A stretch of 64,000 nucleotides of DNA from Felis catus (Eukaryota), in NCBI RefSeq assembly GCF_018350175.1, contig NC_058382.1:61568001-61632000 (forward strand), given 5' to 3'. The stretch's first letter is position 1. Each line of letters begins with the position of its first letter. Of this stretch, positions 44,101 to 55,378 are shown in pieces. The position numbers and the translations under genes were made by a program. The notes under the pieces were generated by a model that was not told where the DNA came from, did no database searches, and saw only the letters and a list, made by a program, of their open reading frames with translations.

Positions 44101-45382
44101 ATATATCTTGAGGGTATACTCCTGAAAGTGGGATTGTTAAATCAAAAGAAATGTATTTTTTATGAGTGTCTGATGTCCCTCCATATTCGTTGTAGCAATT
44201 TGCATTCCCATCAGCAATGTAGGAGGTCCCTGTTAGCCCAGAACATCACCAACAGAGTGTGTGGCCATACTTTTTGATTATCTGTCAATCTAATTAGTGA
44301 GACACAGTATCTGTGTAGCTTTAATTTGCATTTCTCTAATCATGAATGAGGTTGAACTTTTTTTGTTTCAAGACCTAATTTATTTATTTATGAATTATAT
44401 CCTTTGTCCACTTTTCTATTGGATTTCTGGTATTTTTTCCTCCTCAATCCTAAGAGTTCTCCACATAGCAGGAATTAGCCCATTGTCTGTGAGATGTTGC
44501 AAATATTTTCTTCCAATTTATCAACTGCTTTTGACTTTGTAGTGTTTCTCCCATGGAAAAGCTCTTTTGTTACATTTTTATACAGTCAAATTAACTTTTC
44601 TTATTTCATCTGGATCTTAAGTCATGGAAAATTTCCCAGCACCCAGGTCAAAGAGGCATTCATCTATGTGTTTTTGTAGTACTCGTATGGTTTCAATTTT
44701 TATTTTTGGATCCACGATCTGTTTATTTAGTCTTGTGTATGCTGTGAGGCAGGGATCTAATTTTATCTTTTTCCAAATGATTAACCAGTTGTCCCCCACC
44801 ATTAAAAAAAAATCGGGGCTTCCAAACTTATTCCACAGGTCTGACTACTGTACTGACTCACTGAGGTTTTATAGTTTGCTTTAATGTCTTAGAAGAGCTA
44901 GTCTCGGGGCGCCTGGGTGGCGCAGTCGGTTAAGCGTCCGACTTCAGCCAGGTCACGATCTCGCGGTCTGTGGGTTCAAGCCCCATGTCGGGCTCTGGGC
45001 TGATGGCTCAGAGCCTGGAGCCTGTTTCCGATTCTGTGTCTCCCTCTCTCTCTGACCCTCCCCCGTTCATGCTCTGTCTCTCTCTGTCCCAAAAATAAAT
45101 AAACGTTGAAAAAAAAAAAATTAAAAAAAAAAAAAAAAAAGAAGAGCTAGTCTCCTCCTTGCAGTTTTCTCTCTCTTTTTTTAAAGTTATTCATTTTGAG
45201 AGAGAGCATGCACACAAGCAGGGGAGGGGCAGAGACAGACAGAGGGAGAGAAAGAATCCCTAGCAGGCTCTGCGCTGTCAGTGTGGATCCCAACGTGGGG
45301 CTTGATCTCACAAACTGTGAGATCGTGACCTGAGCCAAAATCCAGAGTCAGATGCTTAATAGACTGAGTCACCCAGGCACCC
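41170..45382. mobile_element. SINE/LINE-dense intergenic block: CAN-SINEs (~41170-41388 -, ~41480-41685 -, ~41998-42190 +, ~43390-43591 -, ~43600-43816 -, 44906-45139 +, ~45175-45382 -) and old L1 fragments (~42200-42900; ~43830-44800 -)
   Basis: SINE consensus matches; minus-strand L1 ORF2 peptide NWLIIWKKIKLDPCLTAYTR (44617-44802). The young SINE at 44906 has a perfect TSD AGAAGAGCTAGTCTC. Confidence 0.8.
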
Positions 45383-45598
45383 TGCAGTTTTCTCTTTTTG
45401 AAGCAGCATTTTCCTGGGTATTCTTGCATGTGATTATTCTAAAGCACATATTTAAGTGAAATTTTAATGACAAAATTTGGTACTCTCAGGTGTCAAAATG
45501 AAAATACCAGAAACAAGAGTTTCCAAAGATGTAAAGCATCTGGAAGTAGAGAGGCGTGGCTGGATCTCATCCGCTGAGGTCATCTTGTTGCTTCTGGC

Positions 45599-45604
45599 TT
45601 TATT
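45599..45604 (-). terminator. Candidate CENPBD1 poly(A) signal AATAAA (second candidate ATTAAA at 45463-45468)
   Basis: Plus-strand TTTATT about 37 nt downstream of the CENPBD1 stop codon. Confidence 0.5.
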
Positions 45605-45640
45605 TTGATTAACGTTTGGTCGCACACACTGAAAAACGAC

Positions 45641-47266
45641 CTAAGATAGTTGCTTTGAGCGCCGCTTTTTCTCATTGTACAATTCCCTGTAGCAGTTGAT
45701 CGCATCATTGATTGCTCCCGAAACTTTCAGTTTCCAATCATCATTAGGGCCGTCACTCGTAAGGACCTGTAGGCCTGCCTCGAAATGTGAGAAGGCTGCT
45801 GAGAGTCTTCCTGTGGTTAGCTGACGCAGGGCAGGTGGGGCATCTTCACTCTCCTCTTCTGCAGGCTCCTGTTCTAGCTGCATCAGTTCCGTGTTCGAGA
45901 GATCCTCCTCGTGGGACCTCAGCAACTGGTCCACGTCGGCTTCTACAACCTCTTCGAAAGCCACATTCTTGGCAAGAGTCACAATATTTTGTTGAAGTTG
46001 TGCAATGTTATCTGTTTGGGAAACGCTCTGGAACCGAACACACTCAGGCCAGATCTTCTTCCACACGCTGTTCATTGTTGCCGGTCTCAGCGCCTCCCAA
46101 GCTAGTGCAATGTTGTCTACAGCATCCATGATGCTGTAGTTTCTCCAGAACTCCCTGATCATGGCTGTATCCTCCCCATCTGTTGCTTCTAGGATGTGCT
46201 CAAAAGTTCTTCTCACGTAATGAGCTTTGAAGGCGGAGGCTATGCCTTGACCCATGGGCTGGATGGAGTCAGCTGTACTGTCATGAAGATATTCCACTCT
46301 TACATTATCAGACAGATCACTCAAATTTACTGGGTGGCATGGGGCATTGTCTAGGATGAGCAACGCTTTGTGGGTAAGATTATTCTGGGCACAGTATCTT
46401 TCAACGGCTGGGCAAAAAAAGTATGTGAACCATTCCTGAAAGATGCTCCTGGTCGCCCAGGCCTTTTTGTTTGAGCGCCAAATTACAGGCAAATTGGGCT
46501 TGGAGTATCCTTTCAGAGCCTTGGGGTTTTCCAAGTGGTACACCAATAGGGGCTTCAACTTAAAGTCCCCAGCTGCATTGCCACCAAGAAGCAGCATCAA
46601 GCGATCTCTGGATGATTTAAAGCCTGGCTCAGCTTTCTCTTCCACAGAAATAAACGTTCCTTCAGGCATTCTCTTCCAATAAAGCCCCGTCTCATCTACG
46701 TTAAAAACCTGCTGGGGGGTATACTCACCTTCTTCAATGATGCTTCTTAGCGCTTTTGGATATATGTCCTTGTTTCCAGGAGCCGTGCTGTTTATCTTGA
46801 AGTGGGGCAAACAGTGGCGCTCCTTGAATCTCACGAACCACCCTTTACTTGCAGTAAACTTTTCTGTTTGAGAGCTCGCACCTCTTTCACGCTGTAAGTC
46901 ATCAAACAAACTCTTAGCCTTCTCCTGAATAATTGTGACACTCAGAGGCACATTTCGCTGGCTCTGGTCTTCAAGCCACACGTGCAGCAGGCGCTCCATG
47001 GTCTCCATGACTGCACTTCGATGCCGAGTCAACCGGGAGGCTCTCAAAGGAGTAGCTATTTGCGAATTCGCTTTAATTTTTTCCTTATTATCTCGGATTG
47101 TAGCCACTGTAGAAACGGCAAGGCCCAAGGCCTTCGCAATTTGGCTGAGCTTTTCACCAACTTCAAATCGTCTCAACACTTCCAACTTTATGTCGAGGGT
47201 AATTGCTTTCCGTTCCCTTTTGGCACTTGGGATGGCCGATGCATTTAGGGACCTTTTCCCAGGCAT
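45641..47266 (-). CDS. CENPBD1: CENPB DNA-binding domain-containing protein 1; full-length domesticated pogo/Tigger transposase (CENP-B_N HTH, HTH_Tnp_Tc5, DDE_1), 541 aa
   Basis: Single-exon ORF from ATG 47266 (A at -3): MPGKR...[12 protein letters not shown]...[13 protein letters not shown]...[14 protein letters not shown]...[11 protein letters not shown]...IQPMGQG. Syntenic position between DEF8 and AFG3L1. Candidate 5'UTR intron 47965-47366 (donor G|GTAAGG; acceptor TGAC-polypyrimidine-GGCAG). Confidence 0.9.
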   Translation of the reverse strand: MPGKRSLNASAIPSAKRERKAITLDIKLEVLRRFEVGEKLSQIAKALGLAVSTVATIRDNKEKIKANSQIATPLRASRLTRHRSAVMETMERLLHVWLEDQSQRNVPLSVTIIQEKAKSLFDDLQRERGASSQTEKFTASKGWFVRFKERHCLPHFKINSTAPGNKDIYPKALRSIIEEGEYTPQQVFNVDETGLYWKRMPEGTFISVEEKAEPGFKSSRDRLMLLLGGNAAGDFKLKPLLVYHLENPKALKGYSKPNLPVIWRSNKKAWATRSIFQEWFTYFFCPAVERYCAQNNLTHKALLILDNAPCHPVNLSDLSDNVRVEYLHDSTADSIQPMGQGIASAFKAHYVRRTFEHILEATDGEDTAMIREFWRNYSIMDAVDNIALAWEALRPATMNSVWKKIWPECVRFQSVSQTDNIAQLQQNIVTLAKNVAFEEVVEADVDQLLRSHEEDLSNTELMQLEQEPAEEESEDAPPALRQLTTGRLSAAFSHFEAGLQVLTSDGPNDDWKLKVSGAINDAINCYRELYNEKKRRSKQLS

Positions 47267-47649
47267 TTTCCCTTCCAGAATGTAGTAAAACCACAGCAGC
47301 CTCAGGAGCAAGAAGGCCCGTGGCTATTCTCTGTTCCCTTGCAAAACGTGGGAGAGAAAATGGGGCTGCCAAGAAGTGCAGGCGGATGAGAAAAAGGTCA
47401 CCAAAGGCCTGCCCGGCCCCCTTTGCCAGAAACAGGCTGGTTCACTCTCGATTGGAAGGCAGGCAGCGTAGGCCTCTGGTGTCAATCAGAGTGTCCAATC
47501 CCCAGACAGCACATCCTCAGGAACATTAAAACCGGCGTGGGTTTCTGGGATCCAGAGAACAGAAAAAAATCCGTGCAAGTTAATAACGCTGCATAGCACA
47601 CACCGAGTCAGTGCCTCCGTTCTAGAGGGACATCGAAGCAGCAGGTAGC

Positions 47650-48620
47650 CGGGTAGCGGGCTCACGAGAGGCGCCGGTAGCAGCGGCCGGGGGTGGGGGT
47701 GGGGGACGGACCAGGGACTGGTGTTGTCTTTTGCGAACCGCTTCCTGTGGAGGACCCGGGAAATATGTGTCCTTGGAGATGCCCGACTTAAAATAAGTCT
47801 AAAGGCGCTGGGTATCCTCATAGCATCTAGCCCGAGTCGGTCGCTGGGATTTCTGCGCTCCGCTCTGTGGACAGGACCCGACAGCGCTCACGTTCAGATC
47901 TTTAAAAAGTCAGGTGGTAGGGTAGACAGCTGACGAGAGGTCCCAAGCCGGCGCCTAGTCCTTACCGCGCATGAGCGACGCCTCCAGCGCCCGCGGGGAC
48001 GGCTCCGGGGGTGTGGCGCCTCGCTGGCTTTGTTGCTGTTCTGCGCGTGCGCGCGCCCCAGCGGCGCGAGGGCGGGGGCGGGGAGTGTGGCGCCCGCTCC
48101 GGGCGGCGGCCGAGCGGTCTGGGCCGTGCGGCGGTGGCCCAGGAGGCGGCGGGACGGTCAGGGCAGGCGTGAGAGCCCTCGGAACAGCCCGGCAGGTGAG
48201 CGGGGAGGTTCTGCCCGCAGGTGTCGGGAGGCGGGGGCGCGGGCTCCGCTCGACGCCTTGGTGACGCCGCCCGGTTGCGCCGGCTGTCGCGGGGTAGGGG
48301 TCCGGGGGAACGGACTAGAGGGGCCTGGCTGCGGCCACCACCACATCCCCAGCCGGCGGCTCTGTCCCCGCGGCTGAGGTGGCCGTCCCTTGCCCTCCGC
48401 GTCCCTGCCCTTCTCCTCGCGGCTTCTTGCCGCCTTCCGAGTTTCCCGCCGCCTCCCGGGCCCTGCGCAGTGCTGGCTCCCTCCTCTGCCGCCTCAGTCC
48501 CCTCTCCAAAGAGCCCCCACGTGGAGCGATTTGCGTTCGAGTCACGAGTCCCAGCAAACCTACAGCATCTCCTCGGGCACCTCGCTTCGACTGCGAGCCC
48601 GTTTCCTCCTGGGCCTGGAG
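47650..48620. promoter_or_regulatory. Bidirectional CpG-island promoter shared by CENPBD1 (-) and the AFG3L1 pseudogene (+)
   Basis: CpG island with a minus-strand donor at 47965 and a plus-strand donor at 48196, 230 bp apart. NRF1-like TGCGCGTGCGCG at 48042-48053 and GC boxes at 48070-48083 lie between them. Confidence 0.75.
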
Positions 48621-48974
48621 GTAATGCTTGCTGTAGCCCAGAGGTGCTCTCTGAGCCGGATGTGATACTGCACGTGGAAGAGTTTTGCCGGCTGTTAGTG
48701 TTTCTCACGTGTGGAGCCCGGTTTCACCACTCTCATAGCAGCTAGTACTGCTTCCAGCCTTCCGTGCTAAGGGCTTTACACGAACCCTCTCATTTGAGTC
48801 CTAAACCCTTCCTGCACGAAAGCGCTGCCATAACCCTCTTTATAGAAGAGAAAACGTGAAAGCAAAACTGGCCACTTGCAGTTCAGGGCCATCTCGCTCC
48901 AGTGCCTTCACTTTTAGGTATTTCTGGGTTGTGTGCCTTTCCTCTGGTTAGATACTATCAAATGGGATTCCATG

Positions 48975-49405
48975 TTTTTTTTTTTTAATGTTTTTTTAAA
49001 TTCAGTTTTTTTTTAAATTTTTTTTTTCAACGTTTATTTATTTTTGGGACAGAGAGAGACAGAGCATGAACGGGGGAGGGGCAGAGAGAGAGGGAGACAC
49101 AGAATCGGAAACAGGCTCCAGGCTCTGAGCCATCAGCCCAGAGCCTGACGTGGGGCTCGAACTCCGGGACCTCGAGATCGTGACCTGGCTGAAGTCGGAC
49201 GCTTAACTGACTGCGCCACCCAGGCGCCCCTAAATTCAGTTTTGAGAGACAGAGTGTGAGCAGGGGAGGGGCAGAGAGAGAGACGGAGCTCCAGGCTCCG
49301 AGCTGTCAGCATACAGCCTGGCTGGGGGCTCAAACCCAGGAACTGCAAGGTCATTACCTGAGCCGAAGTCGGAAGCTTAACCGACTGAGCCACCCAGGCG
49401 CCCCC
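48975..49405 (-). mobile_element. Two adjacent CAN-SINEs (young copy ~49020-49230; older copy ~49240-49405)
   Basis: Reverse SINE bodies with a repeated TAAATTCAGTTTT flank. Further copies at ~52650-52876 (-), ~59170-59396 (-), ~59428-59655 (+), ~59920-60160 (-), ~60630-60845 (+) and ~61146-61390 (-; TSD CTCTGATATGTTTTT). Confidence 0.85.
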
Positions 49406-52400
49406 CTAGGATTCTGTATTTTAAGGTTCTGTTTCTGTATTGGTTGATACATCCCAGGGTGCAGTGATCACATTGGCTTAATTTTTTCTCCTGCACAAAT
49501 GTGAGGTTTCTGATTTTTGGTCCAAGAAAGGCATCTTGGTTTCCAGACAGCAGTGAAGGAGGAAGAAGGATTCCGTGGATTTATCTCCTGTCTTGTCTTC
49601 AGGAATGAGCTCTTCCCTCCCATCCCTATTCATGTTGGAGATGGTACAAGTGAGCTCCGTTTCTGGAACTATCGATGAAAGCAGAGCCTTTCGCCTGGGA
49701 CGTTTCAGCATTGCAGAGGCTGTTCTGGTTGTTAACACGTGGTGGAAGTCAGTAATTGACACAGCTGTGTCCTGGGTCACTGAACCTCCATGGCCTCAGT
49801 GGTTTCAGTTACGAAGGAAGTTGGATGATCTTTGAGGGTTTTTTCCCCCAGACTGAGTTGTTCATCTGTTGAGAGTCAAGAAGTGAACACAGGCGAGGGC
49901 TCTGTCCCTCGGCTGCTCTCCTTGGATTTGTAGGCTGGGTGGTGGTGGAGGGGGGGGGGCTGCCAAAGCTGGAGAGGCGTCAGAGTGTAGTCAAAAGTAC
50001 CCTGTCAGTTTACACTCATCAAGGGAGGCTCATGTTCTGGAGGCTTCCGTGCAGTTATTTTCTCATTCGGTGATCTTGCCGCACCATCCCTGCTGTGCAA
50101 GGAGGAGAACGAGACAAGCAGAACAAGGGAAGTAGAAAAGGAAGAGAAGGGAATGGAGAGGCATAAATGCCGTATCAGCGTGGGTGGGATAGTTGAGTGC
50201 TGAAGGAAGCGAGCTGCCAGCAGATTGAAGAGCCACTGCCTGGCGGGCTTGTGTCTGCGTGAGTCTGAGACACCAGGGTAACCTGGCTGATGGTCTGACG
50301 GGAAAAAAAGGGCAGTGGCCCTTTGCCTGTTGAAGGGTCTTACTGTGCCCAGCCCCACGTCTTGACATTGCGTATGCCCATCACAGCCAAACACCAGTAA
50401 CAGACTGTGTCTCTGAGAACTGCCCCTAACCCATGTCAGAAGAAGATTAAGTCATGAACTGAAATAAAGGAATTGGGACTTTTGTCAAGTTTTGGAGGCC
50501 TGAAGCACAGTACTTAGCACTTCTAGGGCTGTAGGCCACCAGCCCTGCTCTGTTTGGCGTGGAGCTGCAGAAACCCTGGGAGGCTTGGTTTCCCCTCATA
50601 TGCCTCCGGCTCCCAGTTGCCTTCAGGCACTCACTTACCTCTCTAAACTTTTCCACCTCTGCAGGGGGCGCGGTCACACCTACTTGTTTAGGGCGGATGG
50701 GGAGGATTGGAGGAGGTGACAGAGGAGCACCCACCCAGCAGGTGCACCACCTTCTGTGCTCCTTTGTCTAAATTTCCTGTTGCAGTAAAATGCCTTTGTG
50801 ATGTCTTCATGGTCTCATGACTCCTCCACATCAGGCTCTGGTCCTTTGTGCGGGCTGAATCCCTGCAGCAGGCGGCTTCATTCACGGTGTGGAAGTTCTC
50901 GTGGCCTCATCACCCTTCCTGGTGCATCTCCTTTCTGAGCTTCCCCGTTTGGGTTTCTCCCTGGTTTTAATATCTTTCTTATAGCTTACCTTACTTGTGA
51001 GTCCACTTTGGCTTTTGATAGGGATGTTTGAATAATTTGGCTTATTAGCAAGTTAATAACCATTGGCAACGAATTTACCGTGGGGAATGGCCTGCCTCAT
51101 CATGAGGGACAGCATGGTTGAAATAACACGGGTGTTGTCACCTGTATATCTATTTTCATTATAATAGAATATTGGGGATGATCCAAATCTTTGCTTATGT
51201 TGTTTTTTTTTTTAATATAATCAATATTGGGTTCTTGACTGTACTTAGATTTTGTTGTCTTAATATGGTGGCTTTTCTTGAGCTTATTTTTGTTCTAATG
51301 GCTTTTGACATATACTAGTGAAAAATCTAAGTCGTCTTTGGTCTTGTCCTTGACTGGTGTTAAATACTGTTAGCTTATGGTGAAAACTGGCATTTTCTTC
51401 TTTGAGGACTGAAGAAAATACAGGATCTGGAAGAGCACTTGCTTTCTTTGGCCTGACAAAAATACTAATCCTTGGTTGATCAAAGATAAATTATAGTATC
51501 CTTTGCTTTTAAAATTTTATGTGGCTTAATCTTAGAATCATGTTTGTTTTTGAGGCTGTAATAGTTTCAGTGGCCAAAATTGTCTCAGGCAAGAAATGGT
51601 TAGGGAATTGGTGGGGGTGGGAGTGGAGGCATTGACAGCAATAGCTGTGAAAATTCTTTATGTGTTTCTGCAGTGAATTTAGTTCCTGTTTATCCTGTTT
51701 GAATCCTATTTTAATGGGACGTTTAAGCGGATAAGCAAAGGCAGCAAGCTAGCCCTTTAGCCCACATCCGGGTCCCTTCCCACCTGTAACACCACCGTGA
51801 GAAAATGGCCCATCGCGTGGCAGAAGGTGTTCATCTTCTCTCACTTTTCACTGCCTCCGGGGGACCTGCTTTCAGCAGCTGGCTCTTCGGGGAAGACTGA
51901 CGTCATTTTCTTAGTGGCTGTGTTCAAAACCACCCAAAGGTACTCATCTTTCTTCTACCATCATTAGCATAACGTTACGAGAACCAAGTGAGGCTTCCTC
52001 AGTGTCTCCCCTGTAGTGGGGGAACCAGGGGACAGGGTGTGTGTTGACTCAGGATGCCCTGTGCCTCCTCCCTTTTCTAGTTTCCATATTGAGCCTTGCT
52101 TCAGTCTTCCCGTTTCTGGGTCACTGCAGCCTGTCTTTATGGTTTTGATAGGACAGTGAAAGAGAAACTCTCATAAGAAAGTTTCTAGGCGAATCTTTTG
52201 GGAGGCATGAGAACAAACCTTTGTTTCTACATATCTGAGTGACTCAGGCTGAGCCTCATGTTTGGGAAGCACAACAGAGATGATGTGCAGACTGCAGTTA
52301 GCTTGGAGCATATCTGCCTCTCACAGTGGACTGTAGGACTGTGCTCAGTGTCCCCTTGGACACCCTGTATGTGAGGCTTGTAGGTGCATGTTGATCGCAT

Positions 52401-53579
52401 CAAGCAAGGAGTCAGGGCAGAAAACTGGTTTCTCTCGTACTCTCTTTCCTCGTCTTACAGGATGGTTGCTTTTATGAGTGTGGTCTGTGCTTTTAAAGTA
52501 CCAGAACCTCATCATTTTGTCCCTAAGGGTTTGAGGAATTCTTTAGAAGAAACAGAGACTTAGAAAAAGCAGCAACTCCAAGAAAAGGTACAAGGGTCAA
52601 TTTGACATTTTAATGGACCGAGCCACCCAGGTGTCCATCAATTTAATGGTTTTTTTTTTTTTTTATTTTTGTTTTTTAACGTTTATTTTTGAGACAGAGA
52701 GAGACAGAGCATGAACGGGGGAGGGTCAGAGAGAGAGGGAGACACAGAATCTGAAACAGGCTCCAGGCTCTGAGCGGTCAGCACAGAGCCCGACGCAGGG
52801 CTCGAACTCGCGGACCGTGAGATCGTGACCTGAGCCAAAGTCTGACGCTTAACCGACTGAGCCACCCAGGCGCCCCTCAATTTAATGTTTTAAAACTGTG
52901 AGAGTTTTGCATTTTTAAGGCCTTCGCTACTTTTGGGGTTAATCTCCTTGGGAGGTGACAGGCAGGCGGCCCGTGCACGTGTGGTATTGGCCTTCTCTCT
53001 CCTTTGCTTGTCGTGCCCATCGCTTCCAAGTCACCCCCTTCCTTATTCAGATCCAAAGCCTCACAGTTTGGTGATGTGGATTGGTGAAGTGCGTATTTAT
53101 CAGGTGTGGTTCTCCTGTGGAACGTCTTCTGCTCAGTTACCTGTAAGTGAGGAATAGGAGGAGGCCCATAGAAGCATGTTGGGAGGTGTGTTTACATGCT
53201 TTACAAATGTAGCAGTTGGTTTTTTGCAGCGTTATCGTTTATGCAAATTTTTACTCTATCCTGTAATATGTTTGTCTGTTTCCGGGTCACCTAGGCCTTG
53301 GGCCTCCATGGCTTTGATTTGGGGTTATTGGAGTGGTGTGCATGTGACGGGGCAGGACTGTGGCTTTGTTTGTCCTGCGACTTTTTGGGCTTCTTGCTTA
53401 GGCCCTTCCATTTCCTGTTGCCTGGCTGTGGAGAAACATGGCCATGGATGGATCGCTGCCTTAGAAGCCTCTGTGAGACCACCTTTCCCTTACTCAGGGG
53501 AACGATTGTTTTCCTAAGTTTTGGGTTAGTTTCCCAGGTTCTTAGGAACACATGCATTCTTGTGTGGCACCTCTGCGAC

Positions 53580-54440
53580 TTCATTTCTGGTCACAAATGT
53601 GTGGGCGGGTGGGGGGGGGTTGGTTTCCCCACCATGCAGTTCTGGGACACCAGCTGGGTGTCCTACAGTTTAACCCACTTCTGACACCATGTACCTGGAG
53701 TTAGCACCAGATTCCACAGGTTCAGGGCTCCGTCCTGAAAGACTGCCTCCGCCTCCCACTCCCTGCCTTCAGATGCTGTTCCACTTCCAGGTTGTCACCT
53801 GTGCTTCTGACTGACTGGCTGTAAATCAGGTTTCCATGACCCCCTCTCCTTGGGTTCATTTAATTTGCTAGAGCTGCTCATAAACTCGGGAAACCAATGT
53901 ACTTACTAGATTACCAGTAGTTCATTACAGAGGATGTTAAAGGATGTGAATGAACAGCTAGATGAAGAAATATGTAGGGCAGGGTCTGGTGGATTCCCTG
54001 GTATAGGAGCTTTCTGTCCCCTTGGGGTTTAGCACAGAATGTGGGTACATTCTTGTCTACCAATCTAAAAGCTCTCCAAACCATGCCCTTTTGGGTTTAT
54101 ATGGAGGCTTTGTTGCATAGGTATGTGATTGATTGAATCATTGGCTGCTGTGATTAATTCGACTTCCAGCTCTTCTCCCCTCCCCTCCCCCCTTCTCCCC
54201 CAGAGTCAGGGGTGGGGCTGAAACTTCTAACCTTCTAATCACTTGGTTGCTTCTCCTAGGAACCTGCCTCCATCCTTAAGGGTTTTCCAAAAGTCACATC
54301 ATTGACACACACTCAAGTGTGGTTGAAAGAGGCTGGTTATGAATAACGAAAGACACCTTTACCACCTAGGAAATTCCAAGGGTTGTTAAAGCTCTGTACC
54401 AGGAGGACCAAATGCATACTTCTTATAAATCGAGTATCAT
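53580..54440 (-). mobile_element. MER21-family LTR
   Basis: GACACCAGCTGGGTGTCCTACA...CCAGGTTGTCACCTGTGCTTCTGAC...AATTTGCTAGAG...TGATTGATTGAATCATTGGC...AGGAAATTCCAAGGGT matches the reverse complement of the recalled MER21B/C. Confidence 0.75.
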
Positions 54441-55378
54441 ACGGGTCAAACAAAGCTAAATGCCTGGCAGACACCGTGATAACAATTATTCGTTTTTGTT
54501 TCTCCCCCTTGTCTTTTTGTGTGTGCTAAAGCACCTCTTGGAAATTTTAACTGGAAATTGTACTTGATGGAGTTACATGGGGAGGGGAGAGTGCTTCTTT
54601 GGGTGTGCCTAGCTTTCTAGGACCGTTCAAGCCTCCTGATCCTCAGAGTGTACTTGGAGGAACCCTAGGTGGGCATGTCCTGAATCAGAGCCATCTCTCC
54701 CGACACATACTTTGCACCCTACAGAATGGTGGGACAGGGGTGCTTATGGGGCTGGATTTGTGTGCTCTGAACTGCTTTGTATTTTACGTGTGTGTTGCAG
54801 GAAGAGGCTTGCAAGGCTGGATTCAGTCATCTAGTTTGTGGGTCACAGTGTTCTGAGAAGGGGTATCGTGCCCCAAGTGCCAGCTGTTTAACAGTAATGC
54901 CCCCTGGATTGTGCCTGGTATGTATGTTCCATTCACTGGTGATTACCTGGAGATTTTAAGAAATTGTTTTAAATTTCCATCTTGTCTGGAAATGTCTAGG
55001 GTTGGTATGGTCTAGTAGTCTTTTCCACTCTAACCTGTGTCCTGAACTGGGAGGGGCACAGCAGGCTTTTCTCCTACACTTCCGGACAAGATACTTATGT
55101 TTCAGCTCTGCCCAGCCTCTTCCTGTCCTGCTCCCTGTTTACCTCCAGAAGGCACCAGTGTTAGGAAGATTGTATGTTAGAAGGCATTTTTTTGTTCTCT
55201 GAAGCCTCTTTCTCTAGGAAGTTGTAATTATTGTTACCTGGTGTCAGATTCTGTTTTCTCTTAGGAACTGGTGAGCCAAAGGATGTTGGGGCTGGAACAG
55301 AGGAGGCAGGAGAAGAGGAAAGCAGGGTGACTTTGCCTGGTGGAGCCGGCTGCAGAAGGTGTGTGTGCATCCGAGGAC

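Noticed and set aside
47267..47311. 15-aa N-terminal extension of CENPBD1 in the ORF track (556 aa)
   Set aside because: Non-ATG start. The first ATG (47266) has good context and matches the recalled MPGKR N-terminus.
45400..47500. CENPBD1 as an active autonomous Tigger transposon
   Set aside because: Third catalytic Asp is Gly, no TIRs or TA duplication were recognised, and it sits at a syntenic site with host gene signals.
47971..48264. Upstream in-frame ATG (47971) rescuing AFG3L1
   Set aside because: The exon 2 stop, lost acceptors, several frameshifts and a broken Walker A motif preclude a functional protein.
49478..49780. 100-aa minus-strand ORF in AFG3L1P intron 1
   Set aside because: Non-ATG start, no recognisable homology and no clear exon structure.
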